Assembly: GCA_963703225.1 (NCBI GenBank)
Contig: OY969801.1
Coordinates: forward strand, 416,001-480,000
Length of the DNA: 64,000 bases
Reading direction: 5' to 3'
Source: Candidatus Eiseniibacteriota bacterium
GTDB lineage: Bacteria > Eisenbacteria > RBG-16-71-46 > SZUA-252
Shown here: positions 9,329-18,508 of the stretch, piece after piece
Layout: each line of letters opens with the position of its first letter
How positions within the stretch are numbered: the first letter of the stretch is position 1
Made by a program: the position numbers and the translations under genes
The notes under the pieces: model-generated
What the model was told of the DNA's origin: nothing
The model's database searches: none
Seen by the model: only the letters and a program-made list of their open reading frames with translations

Positions 9329-9943
9329 ATGCTGGCGAGGATCTGCGCGATGGTGGTTCTCTTCGGAGCGTTTCTCGGGACTCATGCCCGGGCGCGCGAG
9401 GCGCAGCCCGTCCGGTCGAGTGCGGAGAGATCCTCCAATGCCGGGACGTTCGAGTTCGGCCCTTCCGCAGTGGACGGCATCGGCGGCTGGAAGCTGTTCA
9501 TGGGCGAGTCGAACACCGACACGCTGCAGGCGTCCCGACAAGACGTCTTCGCCGCCGCCGAACAAGCACTCGAGAGCGACGGTTGGAGGGTCCAGCTCTC
9601 CGACACAACCACGGGTCGGATCGTTACGTACTGGAAGCCTCTCCACCACATCCTCGTGCGATTGTTCGCCGGCGGTGTGAGAGCCCGCTGTTTCGTGGCG
9701 GTCTCCACGATCGGCACCCGTTCCTCGGTTGCATTTCAGGCCGGGCTCGCCTCCAAGCACACCCTGGAAGGGAATCCCATGCTCGCACTCGCCCGCCACG
9801 CCTATCGTTCCGCGGCGCGGGACTGGCACAGCGAAGTTCGGCAATACGTCGCGGCAGGAGCCGCATCCGCGATCCCAGCGGCGCTGGTTGCATGCCCAAC
9901 GACCCAATCGTCCGAGCCGCCTCCGCCTCGTGAGGCTCAATGA
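9329..9943 (+). CDS. Hypothetical exported protein
   Basis: GGGAGG SD; signal-like MLARICAMVVLFGAFLGTHARA; ATGA overlap with next gene. Confidence 0.6.
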   Translation: MLARICAMVVLFGAFLGTHARAREAQPVRSSAERSSNAGTFEFGPSAVDGIGGWKLFMGESNTDTLQASRQDVFAAAEQALESDGWRVQLSDTTTGRIVTYWKPLHHILVRLFAGGVRARCFVAVSTIGTRSSVAFQAGLASKHTLEGNPMLALARHAYRSAARDWHSEVRQYVAAGAASAIPAALVACPTTQSSEPPPPREAQ

Positions 9944-11451
9944 GGGTCAGCGTGGTTGTGCCCGCGTGGAACGAGGAGGTTCTACTGTCTGCCTGCCTGC
10001 GGGCGCTGCGCTGCCAGGACTTCAAGGGTGAGGTTGAAGTGATCGTGGTGGACAACGCCAGCACCGACCTCACCGGCTCGATCGCGGAACAGGAGGGCGT
10101 CATCGTTGTCTTCGAGGCGGCGCGGGGCTACGCGAATGCGATCGCGCGGGGATTCGCGATGGCGACCGGCGAAATCATCGCGAGTACTGACGCCGACACG
10201 GTCGTTCCGCCCGACTGGCTCTCTCGCCTCGTCGAAGCCTACCGGGCGGATGTCGTCGCGGTGGGCGGCGAGATCGAATTTTGGCGGCCCAACTGGAGGG
10301 CCCGACTTCTTACGAGAGGTCTGTTGCCCTGGCTCAATCGCATCGATCGGAGGAATCCCCTGGGGCCCCATCTATGGGGGGCGAACTTTTCCGTGCGCCG
10401 CAGCGCCTATCTCGCCGCGGGCGGCTGGAACCCAAATTTCAACCTGCAGACCGACACAGAGTTCTCGGAGCGCCTGCGGCGATTCGGGCGCGTTCTGCTC
10501 CTCGAGGATCTAGCCGTCCGCACCTCCTGCCGTCGCTGGAATCGGGCGCTCGCCGTGAGCTGCTTTCTCTATGCCACGAACTTCATCTCGCTCGAGCTCA
10601 GGAAGCGCCCGCTATGGTGGGGCTTCCCGGACATCCGTGAGGGCGTCGGATCGGTCGGGGCAGGGCTGCACGGAGGGTCGCGGGCTCGGGCGTGGCCGAG
10701 GGTGCGCGCTTGGTCCGTGGCCGCGCTGGTCGTGTTCGTGGCTTGCTTTGGCGTCTACGATGCGGTCTCGCCCTGGTCGAACGCGTTCGGCATCACCCAC
10801 TGGAATGGCGCCACCGACGAAAAAGTCGTGGCGCTCACCTTCGACGACGGCCCGAATGAGCCGTACACCTCCCAGGTGCTCCGGATACTCAACCGGGAGA
10901 ATGTCCATGCCACCTTCTTTCTCATCGGGGCGAACGTCCGGCGCGATCGGGATAGCGCCGCGCGCATCGTCGAAGATGGGCACGTTGTCGGGAACCACAC
11001 GGATAGGCACCGCGTGGGATTCGCGTTCGAGCCTTGGGCCAAGCTCACCGCGGATCTCGATCGCGCGGAAACAACCATTCACGACGCCACGGGCGTCTAT
11101 CCGCGGCTCTTTCGACCTCCGCAGGGAGTCCGATCCCCATGGCTCATGAGCGCGACGATTCGCGAATCCCTGATCACGGTCACCTGGGACGATGCCCCCC
11201 GAGATTGGGAGCCGCTGCCTGCTCGCGCTCTCGAGGACTTGACCGTTGCCCAGGCGCACCCCGGCTCGATCATCCTGCTGCACGATGGATTGAACTTGGC
11301 CCCGTCGGCTGACCGGAGCGCCACGATCACGGCGCTTCCCGGCATAATCCGAAGGCTCCGCGCCATGGGGTATCGGTTCGTTACTGTGCCGGAGCTCCTC
11401 CATACCCGGCCTTTTCTGTCGGGGTGGCCCCGGAGGGCCCCTCGAGACTGA
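9940..11451 (+). CDS. GT2 glycosyltransferase fused via a TM helix to a NodB/CE4 polysaccharide deacetylase
   Basis: SVVVPAWNEE, VVDNASTD, STDADT (DxD); VALTFDDGP, ATFFLIG, GNHTDRH, FRPPQG, IILLHDG, GYRFVTV. Confidence 0.9.
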   Translation: MRVSVVVPAWNEEVLLSACLRALRCQDFKGEVEVIVVDNASTDLTGSIAEQEGVIVVFEAARGYANAIARGFAMATGEIIASTDADTVVPPDWLSRLVEAYRADVVAVGGEIEFWRPNWRARLLTRGLLPWLNRIDRRNPLGPHLWGANFSVRRSAYLAAGGWNPNFNLQTDTEFSERLRRFGRVLLLEDLAVRTSCRRWNRALAVSCFLYATNFISLELRKRPLWWGFPDIREGVGSVGAGLHGGSRARAWPRVRAWSVAALVVFVACFGVYDAVSPWSNAFGITHWNGATDEKVVALTFDDGPNEPYTSQVLRILNRENVHATFFLIGANVRRDRDSAARIVEDGHVVGNHTDRHRVGFAFEPWAKLTADLDRAETTIHDATGVYPRLFRPPQGVRSPWLMSATIRESLITVTWDDAPRDWEPLPARALEDLTVAQAHPGSIILLHDGLNLAPSADRSATITALPGIIRRLRAMGYRFVTVPELLHTRPFLSGWPRRAPRD

Positions 11452-11477
11452 CCATTCTCGTTTAGGTTCTGTTCGGT

Positions 11478-12887
11478 TTGGCTGTCGATGATGCTCGGGT
11501 GCGACGAATCGGCCCCCATTCCAACCGACGGCGCCTGGGCCAAAGCGGTATCGCCTCTGGTGTTGCCGTGACCGCGCTGCTTCTCGCGTCGATCGCGGCG
11601 CTCCTTCCCGCCCGAACCGCTCGCGGCGAAACGTCACTGGACTCGATCTCGGTCGAGGAATGCGTGGTCTGGGCCATGAAGGTCGCTCCCACGGTGCGTG
11701 CAGCCGAGGAGGACCGCACCGCGGCTTCCTTCGATTCCCTCGCCGCAACCCGGAACCGGCGACCCGCGTTTGGCTTCGGTGGGGACGCAGTCATCGCCCC
11801 GGAAGGGTTTTACGACCCCGCGATTACCAACCTGGGCCAATATGACCTGAAGATTGGGGCCACGATGCCGCTGCTGGACGGCGGCACCCGATCGCGGGAC
11901 CGCGCCCGCGGGGCATTGGGCGCCGGAGCCGCCGAGGCCGACCTCGATCGTGCCCGCCGCGATGCGGCCATCGCCGCAGCCACCGCCGCGCTGGATCTCG
12001 TGAGACTTCGCGAATTGGACCGAGCGGGGGTCGAAACGTCGATCTGGCTGGCCGAGTTGGAGGACCTGATCACGGCGGGTGTGCGCGCCGGGACGCGCGG
12101 CCGGGGAGATGCCCTGCGTGTGGCGTTGGAGCGCGATGGCGTGGTGACGTTTCTCGCAAACACCCGGCTGCTTTCGGGCGAGCGCGTGCGCGAGCTGGGC
12201 TCCCTCCTGGCGAGCGTCCGCGACAGCGTGCCTCCCGTCCGTGATCCGAGCCCCGAAACCGACCGCGCTCCGACAGAGGGTGATTCAATGGCGATCTTGA
12301 CCGCGGCCGACCACGCTCCCGAGGTTCGGTCGGCGGCACTGGCGGCTGCCGAGCGGGATCTCTCGCTCTCCGATGCTCAGCGTCGGAACAGCCCGCGCGT
12401 GGACCTGGCGGTCGACGCGGGACTCTCAGGCTCGGACCTCACGACTCTCGTGCCGCCCAGCGTCAAGGCGACCTATCCCGATGCGGATTTCGGAGATCGA
12501 TTGCGTCGCGATCTCGGCGCCTCGCTCGCCCTTGTCTTTCGAATCCCATTTTGGGATACCGCCGCGGCGCCAGGGACCGCGGCGAGACAGGCCTCCATGC
12601 GCGCTTCCGGTCTCCGGCTCAACGCCATCCGTGGCGAGCAGTATCGCCTCGCCCTCGACCTGCTGGCGCGCTGGCGCGAGGGTTCGACCCGGTTGCGGGC
12701 CTGCCAGGCCACCGTGCAGCGCGCCGAGGAGCACGTGCTCCGCTCCAAGAGCCTTTATGCCGCCGGCGCGTTGACGCTGATGGAGCTGCTCGACGCGAGG
12801 CGAAGCTTTGATGAGGCGCGCCAACGGCTCACCGACGCGCGATTCGAGAGTCGAATCGCGCGATTCGAGGTGGAGGTCCGGCGATGA
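11478..12887 (+). CDS. TolC-family outer membrane efflux protein (start uncertain)
   Basis: Helical repeats, PLLDGG, YAAGALTLMELLDARR; first gene of a TolC-MFP-RND trio. Confidence 0.85.
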   Translation: MAVDDARVRRIGPHSNRRRLGQSGIASGVAVTALLLASIAALLPARTARGETSLDSISVEECVVWAMKVAPTVRAAEEDRTAASFDSLAATRNRRPAFGFGGDAVIAPEGFYDPAITNLGQYDLKIGATMPLLDGGTRSRDRARGALGAGAAEADLDRARRDAAIAAATAALDLVRLRELDRAGVETSIWLAELEDLITAGVRAGTRGRGDALRVALERDGVVTFLANTRLLSGERVRELGSLLASVRDSVPPVRDPSPETDRAPTEGDSMAILTAADHAPEVRSAALAAAERDLSLSDAQRRNSPRVDLAVDAGLSGSDLTTLVPPSVKATYPDADFGDRLRRDLGASLALVFRIPFWDTAAAPGTAARQASMRASGLRLNAIRGEQYRLALDLLARWREGSTRLRACQATVQRAEEHVLRSKSLYAAGALTLMELLDARRSFDEARQRLTDARFESRIARFEVEVRR

Positions 12888-13873
12888 GTGAGCGAAGACT
12901 CCGATCCGCGATCGTGGTTGTGCTATCGATCGCGATCACATGCGGCTGCTCGGCGCGCCACGAAAGCGAGGGCGGCTCGGAGTCCGACGCGAAGCCGGTT
13001 GTGGCGGTTCGGGTGGGTTCGGTCGAAGTCCGCGCCTTCGAAGACCTCGTGATCGCCCCGGGACAGTGGGGTTCGAGCGGGGAGATGGTGCTCTCGGCTC
13101 CCTTCACCGCGCTCGTCGATTCCCTCACGCCACACGTGGGCGATCCCGTTCGCTCCGGGATGACCTACGGGTGGCTGATCACCAGGGAGTCGCAGGCAGC
13201 GGTGCGCGGCGCGGAGCTCTTGCTCCTCCAGGCGAGGGATGGTGCGGCCCGCGAGGAAGCTTCGCGCTCACTCCGCCTCGCGCGACGAGACCTGGTTCGC
13301 GTCCCTCTGATCGCGCCCAAGGACGGCGTTGTCGTGCGCCGGGGCCTAGAAATGGGGTCCCAAGTCGCCGAGGGGGGCGAGATTCTCGCGATCGTCCCGT
13401 GGGACGCCATCGTATTCGAGGCGCACGTGCCGGTCTTGGATGTGGCGCGGCTGCGCCAGGGACAACTCGCGACGATCGCCGAGGCGGGAAGATCTCCGTG
13501 CCCGGCGACCCTCCAGCGGCTGTTGCCTGCGGCGAGCGCGAGCGACCAAACGACGCTGGCCTGGCTGACGCCGCGCCCTGGAGAGCCCCTCCCCGAGCTC
13601 GGCCGGTTCGGAACGGCGACCATCGTCGTGGGCCCGGCGAGGCGCGCCATCGCCGTCCCCGAATCGGCGCTCGTCGAAGACGACCTGACGGGGACCACCC
13701 GGATCGCGGTCATCGGAGCCAGCCATCGGGCGCTCTGGCTCGGGGTGACCCCGGGAGTGGGCGCCGAGGGTTGGCGTGAGATCGAGGCGCCGAAGCTGGA
13801 CCCCGGCACGAAGGTGATCTTGGAAGGGCAGCATGGGCTCCCGGATAGCACGCTTGTCCGGATGATGCCGTGA
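12884..13873 (+). CDS. RND periplasmic adaptor (membrane fusion protein)
   Basis: Signal/lipobox-like ITCGCS; LSAPFTALV, LIAPKDGVV, IAVPESALV. Confidence 0.88.
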   Translation: MSERRLRSAIVVVLSIAITCGCSARHESEGGSESDAKPVVAVRVGSVEVRAFEDLVIAPGQWGSSGEMVLSAPFTALVDSLTPHVGDPVRSGMTYGWLITRESQAAVRGAELLLLQARDGAAREEASRSLRLARRDLVRVPLIAPKDGVVVRRGLEMGSQVAEGGEILAIVPWDAIVFEAHVPVLDVARLRQGQLATIAEAGRSPCPATLQRLLPAASASDQTTLAWLTPRPGEPLPELGRFGTATIVVGPARRAIAVPESALVEDDLTGTTRIAVIGASHRALWLGVTPGVGAEGWREIEAPKLDPGTKVILEGQHGLPDSTLVRMMP

Positions 13874-16800
13874 ACCGGCTGTTCGAAGGATTACGGGTCC
13901 AGCGCCGAGCCCTGCTCTACGGGTTGTCGGGCCTAGCCGCGCTTGGGGTCGCCGCGGCATGGCGCCTGCCCACGGCAATTCTGCCCGCGGTGACCTTTCC
14001 GCGCATCGCGGTGATCGCCGAGAGCGGCGAACGTCCCGGCGAAGAAATGCTCCGGGTGGTCACCCGGCCCCTGGAAGACGCCTTTCGACAGGTGCCGGGC
14101 GTCCGCGAGATGCGCTCGATCACAAGCCGCGGCTCGACCGAGATCAACCTCGATTGCATCTGGAATTCGAACATGGACCTCGCACTCCAGCGTGTCCAGG
14201 GGCGGGTCGAGGCCGTTCGGGAGCGTCTCCCTCAGGGTACTTCAGTCGAGGCGCGCCTGATGAACCCGGCGCTATTTCCGGTGCTCGGCCTTTCGCTCAC
14301 CTCCAAGACGCGCTCCCTCGCGGAGCTTCGTGACGTGGCCGTGATGATGATCCGGCCCGCGCTGGCGCGGCTGCCCGGTGCGGCGGAGATTGTGGTCCAG
14401 GGTGGACGTCGTCTGGAGGCGCGCGTCACGCTCGACCCGACGGCTCTTGAATCGCGCGGCTTGGATGCGGCCACCGTCGCCGATGTCCTCAAGCGTGCCG
14501 GAGAAATCCGATCGGTGGGCCTCCTCGACGCCAACCGGCAGCTCTACCTCGGCCTCGTGGACGCGCGCCCACCAGATCTCGCCTCGCTCCGAGCCATCCC
14601 CATTCCGGTCGCCGGCGGACCGCCCGTTCCCCTGGGAGATCTCGGGCGCGTGAGCCTCGAGGAAGTCCCAGAGTTCACGCGCTTCGCCGCTCAGTCGCGG
14701 GAGGCCGTCTTGGTCAGCATTCTCCGGCAGCCCACAGCCAGCACGATTGGCCTCGCGAACCAGGTGCGCCGCTGGCTCGCGGAGAGCGGCGCGGTCTTAC
14801 CCGCCGACGTCCATGTCGAGACCTTTTACGACCAGTCCGATCTCGTGCGCGCTTCCATCGGCAGCGTGGGAGACAGTCTGCTGATCGGGGCGCTGATGGC
14901 CATCCTGGCGCTCTCGTTGTTCCTCGGCAGCGTGCGCCTAGGGCTGGCGGGTGCCGTTCTGCTGCCCGGGAGCATCGTGCTGACGCTCTTGGGGCTGGCC
15001 CTGATGGGTCAGTCGCTCAACATGATGACGTTGGGGGGGATCGCCGCCGCGGTGGGGCTCGTCCTCGACGACGCGGTCGTTGTGCTCGAGCACCTGGCGC
15101 ATCGCGCGGCTCCGAATCCGGCGGCGCTCGATGTTTCGGCGGCGATGGCGGAGATATTCCCCTCGCTCCTCGGATCGAGCCTCTGCACGATCGTGATCTT
15201 CCTCCCGTTCATGTACCTCGACGGCGTGGCGGGGGCGTTCTTTCGGGTCCTCGCGCTCACCATGACGCTGATGCTGGGTTCCTCGCTTCTACTCTGCATC
15301 ACGGCGATTCCTCTCCTGGCGCGGCCGAAGCCAGAGCCCACGCTCGGCAGCCGTCGCACGGCCTCATGGTTTGCGCAATCGATCCAGTACGCCGTTGACC
15401 ACCCGTGGGTCGCCGTCGTGCCGGCGTGCATTCTCATCGCGTCCGTCCTGCCGCTGCGGGGGTCCCTGGGAACCGGCTTCCTGCCGGACATGGACGAAGG
15501 ATCTCTCATCATGGATTTCTACTCGCCGGCGGGGACATCGATCCAGGAGACCGACCGGATCCTCACCGAGGTCGAGCGCGAGATTTCCGCCACGCCGGAG
15601 ATCGAGGCGTGGTCGCGCCGCACGGGCGAGCAACTCGGCTTTTTCATCACCGAGCCGAACCACGGCGACTATGTGCTCCGCCTGCGTCCGAGGCGCGGGC
15701 GATCGGCCAATGAGATCGCCGACGACCTCCGGCGCCGAATCACGCATTCGCAGGCGGCGCTCCGGGTCGAATTCGGGCAACTCGTCGAAGACGTGATCGG
15801 CGATCTGACGACCAGTCCGCAGCCGATCGAGATGAGAATATTCAGCGAAGATCGGGGTTTCCTTGCGGCGAAGGCGCGCCAGGCGGCCGAGCTCATCTCG
15901 GGCGTTCGCGGCGTCGTGGACATCAACGATGGCCTCGTGGTGAGCGGGCCCGACATTTCCATCCTTCCCGGCCCCGGTGCGTTCCGCCTCGGGCTCGACG
16001 CGGACGGCCTTGCCCGCTCTGTCAGGTCGACGATCGAGGGGCTCGAGGCGGGCCAAATCGTCCGGGGAGTGCGCGCCTGGCCGGTGCGCGTCGTCCTTCC
16101 GGTGCCGCGCGGCATGACGCCGGCCGACGCGCTGGCGGCAGTCCGGATCCCGGTGGCGTCCCGCCATTGGGTGCCGCTTGGCGACCTCGCCACACTCCGG
16201 GTCGATCCCGGTGAGATCGAGATCGCGCGGGACGACCAGCGTACGATGGCGTCGGTAACGGCGCGGCTCTCCGGCCGCGACACAGGATCCGCGGTGGCGG
16301 AGATTCAGGGAGTCCTGCGGCGCAATCTGGCCCTTCCTCCGGATGCGTCGATTCGGTTCGGCGGCCTCTGGGCGGAGCAGCAGTCTTCCTTTCAGGGGCT
16401 CGCGGCGGTCCTCCTCGGCGCGGGCATCGCGGTCGTCCTCGTCATGATCGTGGGGTTTCGCTCCTGGAAGCAAACGGGCGCGGTGGTCGTGGTGCTCCTG
16501 GCTTCGCTCGCCGGAGTCTTTCTCGGGCTGCACGCGGCCGGTGCCACGTTCAACATATCCAGTTTTGTCGGAGCTATCATGATGGTGGGTGTGGTGGCGG
16601 AGAACGCGTACTTCTTGGTCGCGAGCCACCGCTCCGCGCTGCAAGCGGGCGCGACGCCCGCCGAGGCCGCGGTCATCGCGGCGCGGCGTCGGGCGCGTCC
16701 GGTGCTCATGACCACGGCGGCGGGTGTGGCCGCGCTGGCGCCTCTGGCGATCGGGTTCGGGGCGGGAAGCGCTCTTCTCCAGCCACTCGCCATCGCGGTC

Positions 16801-16890
16801 GTGGGCGGGTTCCTGAATTCGGCTCCGCTGCTGTTGCTCCTGCTACCCGCGCTGCTCGCCCGATGCGGCGAGATTCGCGAGAGGCCCTGA
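13870..16890 (+). CDS. RND efflux permease (CusA/CzcA/AcrB superfamily)
   Basis: SLNMMTLGGIAAAVGLVLDDAVVVLE, GFLPDMDEG, RARPVLMTT, LQPLAIAVVGG; 1006 aa. Confidence 0.93.
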   Translation: MNRLFEGLRVQRRALLYGLSGLAALGVAAAWRLPTAILPAVTFPRIAVIAESGERPGEEMLRVVTRPLEDAFRQVPGVREMRSITSRGSTEINLDCIWNSNMDLALQRVQGRVEAVRERLPQGTSVEARLMNPALFPVLGLSLTSKTRSLAELRDVAVMMIRPALARLPGAAEIVVQGGRRLEARVTLDPTALESRGLDAATVADVLKRAGEIRSVGLLDANRQLYLGLVDARPPDLASLRAIPIPVAGGPPVPLGDLGRVSLEEVPEFTRFAAQSREAVLVSILRQPTASTIGLANQVRRWLAESGAVLPADVHVETFYDQSDLVRASIGSVGDSLLIGALMAILALSLFLGSVRLGLAGAVLLPGSIVLTLLGLALMGQSLNMMTLGGIAAAVGLVLDDAVVVLEHLAHRAAPNPAALDVSAAMAEIFPSLLGSSLCTIVIFLPFMYLDGVAGAFFRVLALTMTLMLGSSLLLCITAIPLLARPKPEPTLGSRRTASWFAQSIQYAVDHPWVAVVPACILIASVLPLRGSLGTGFLPDMDEGSLIMDFYSPAGTSIQETDRILTEVEREISATPEIEAWSRRTGEQLGFFITEPNHGDYVLRLRPRRGRSANEIADDLRRRITHSQAALRVEFGQLVEDVIGDLTTSPQPIEMRIFSEDRGFLAAKARQAAELISGVRGVVDINDGLVVSGPDISILPGPGAFRLGLDADGLARSVRSTIEGLEAGQIVRGVRAWPVRVVLPVPRGMTPADALAAVRIPVASRHWVPLGDLATLRVDPGEIEIARDDQRTMASVTARLSGRDTGSAVAEIQGVLRRNLALPPDASIRFGGLWAEQQSSFQGLAAVLLGAGIAVVLVMIVGFRSWKQTGAVVVVLLASLAGVFLGLHAAGATFNISSFVGAIMMVGVVAENAYFLVASHRSALQAGATPAEAAVIAARRRARPVLMTTAAGVAALAPLAIGFGAGSALLQPLAIAVVGGFLNSAPLLLLLLPALLARCGEIRERP

Positions 16891-16899
16891 GGCGCCACG

Positions 16900-18489
16900 A
16901 TGCAAATCCTTCTCATCGAGGACAGTGCTCCCACCCGCGAGCTGCTCCAGCGATCCCTGGGCGCGGCCGGCCATGCTCTTGTGAGCGCGGCGCGGGTGTC
17001 GACCGGTCGCGCGATCGCCCTCGAGCAGTCCTTTGATGTCATCGTGATCGACGTCATGCTTCCCGACGGCAGCGGCGGGCGCTCGCTGGTCACGCGGCTG
17101 ACGCTCCTCCAGCAGCTCATGGCGGTGCTGATGATTGCGAGTTTCGGGACATCAGCGCTCTGGATGGCCAACCGTTCCTTGCGAGACGAGGACGCGAGAG
17201 TCCTTGTCGCAATGGCCCGCCGGGTCGCGGCAGGAGTCGACAGTGAGCTCTCAGAGGAGGGCAATCTCGCGCACTCGGCCGCGGCGGCCATTCAGGAGGA
17301 GTCCCCCGGGAAATTTCGGATCGATGTATATGATTCGCTGGGTGAGCTGCTTGCCTCGACCGAGCCGAAGGTGGCGCGGGGTCCAATGGACGGCCCGCTC
17401 GCGGACGGTGACCTGGGCGATCGTGGGGGGAGGTATCGCGCGGCGTTGCGCTCTGCGAGCGGCGCCCTTGTCGTCGCTTCGGTCTCGGATCAAGACCGTA
17501 TCGCCCAGATCGCGGCGCTTCGACGAGGACTTCTCTGGAGTGCCGCGCCGCTCCTGGTCGTCACACTTCTGGTCGGCCGGTGGACAAGCCGCCGCGCGCT
17601 TCGGCCGCTCGTCGACATGGGGGATCGGGCCCGGGGCGCCTCCGTCGATGCGGGAGTGCGATCGCTCGGGGATGCCACGGGCGTCGAGGAAGTCGATCGC
17701 CTTGGCGATTCGTTCAATCGCCTGCTCGCCCGGCTGGACGATTTGCTCAACGCGGAGCGGCGATTCACGTCCAACGCATCCCACGAGCTGCGCACTCCCC
17801 TCACCGTTCTCTCGGGAGAACTCGAGACGACATTGGACAGCCCCTTGCTCCCGCCGGAAGTTCGCGGCGGACTCCTGCGCGCTTCGGAGCAGGTGCGAGT
17901 CATGCGCGAGTTGGTCGAGGCGCTGTTGCTCCTCCGACGCGCCGGCGAGGGTGCGTCGCGGGCGCCGGTGGGTTTTGAGCCAGTCAACCTTTCGGACCTC
18001 GCCACCGACGCGGTGCGGCGTGCTTCCGCGGAGCATCCGACGAGGGTAGCGGACATCTTCCTCGCGTGCCCCGACGAAGTCATGGTCTCGGGCCAGCCGG
18101 CGCTGCTCGCTGCGGCAATCCGCAATTTGGCCGACAACGCGATCAAGTTCACCAGTCCCGGCCGAAAGGTCAAGATTGCGGTGAGAGCCGATGACTCCCA
18201 GGCCGACGTCATTGTCGACGACGGCGGTGAGGGTGTCCCAACCGAAGAGCGAGATCGGATCTTTGAGCCGTTCTATCGAGGTCCGGAGGCTCGAGCCGCG
18301 CTTGCCGGCTTGGGTCTCGGGTTGCCTCTTCTGAGGCAGGTCGCGCGGGCACATGGTGGAAATGTGACGGTCGGCAAATCTCCGCTCGGTGGGGCCCGAT
18401 TCACGTTATCTCTGCCCCTGTGGCGGTCTCTCCCAGAGAGCGGTACAAGGGGTGCCCTTACGGCGTCCAGGAACTTCCCAGGTAGCTAG
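16900..18489 (+). CDS. HAMP sensor histidine kinase carrying a truncated N-terminal receiver fragment (probable RR-HK deletion fusion)
   Basis: ILLIED...IVIDVMLPDGSG then RSLVTRLTL-TM; FTSNASHELRTPL, NLADNAIKF, DGGEG, IFEPFYRG, GLGLGL. Confidence 0.88.
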   Translation: MQILLIEDSAPTRELLQRSLGAAGHALVSAARVSTGRAIALEQSFDVIVIDVMLPDGSGGRSLVTRLTLLQQLMAVLMIASFGTSALWMANRSLRDEDARVLVAMARRVAAGVDSELSEEGNLAHSAAAAIQEESPGKFRIDVYDSLGELLASTEPKVARGPMDGPLADGDLGDRGGRYRAALRSASGALVVASVSDQDRIAQIAALRRGLLWSAAPLLVVTLLVGRWTSRRALRPLVDMGDRARGASVDAGVRSLGDATGVEEVDRLGDSFNRLLARLDDLLNAERRFTSNASHELRTPLTVLSGELETTLDSPLLPPEVRGGLLRASEQVRVMRELVEALLLLRRAGEGASRAPVGFEPVNLSDLATDAVRRASAEHPTRVADIFLACPDEVMVSGQPALLAAAIRNLADNAIKFTSPGRKVKIAVRADDSQADVIVDDGGEGVPTEERDRIFEPFYRGPEARAALAGLGLGLPLLRQVARAHGGNVTVGKSPLGGARFTLSLPLWRSLPESGTRGALTASRNFPGS

Positions 18490-18508
18490 CTTCACACCGC
18501 CCGGAAAA

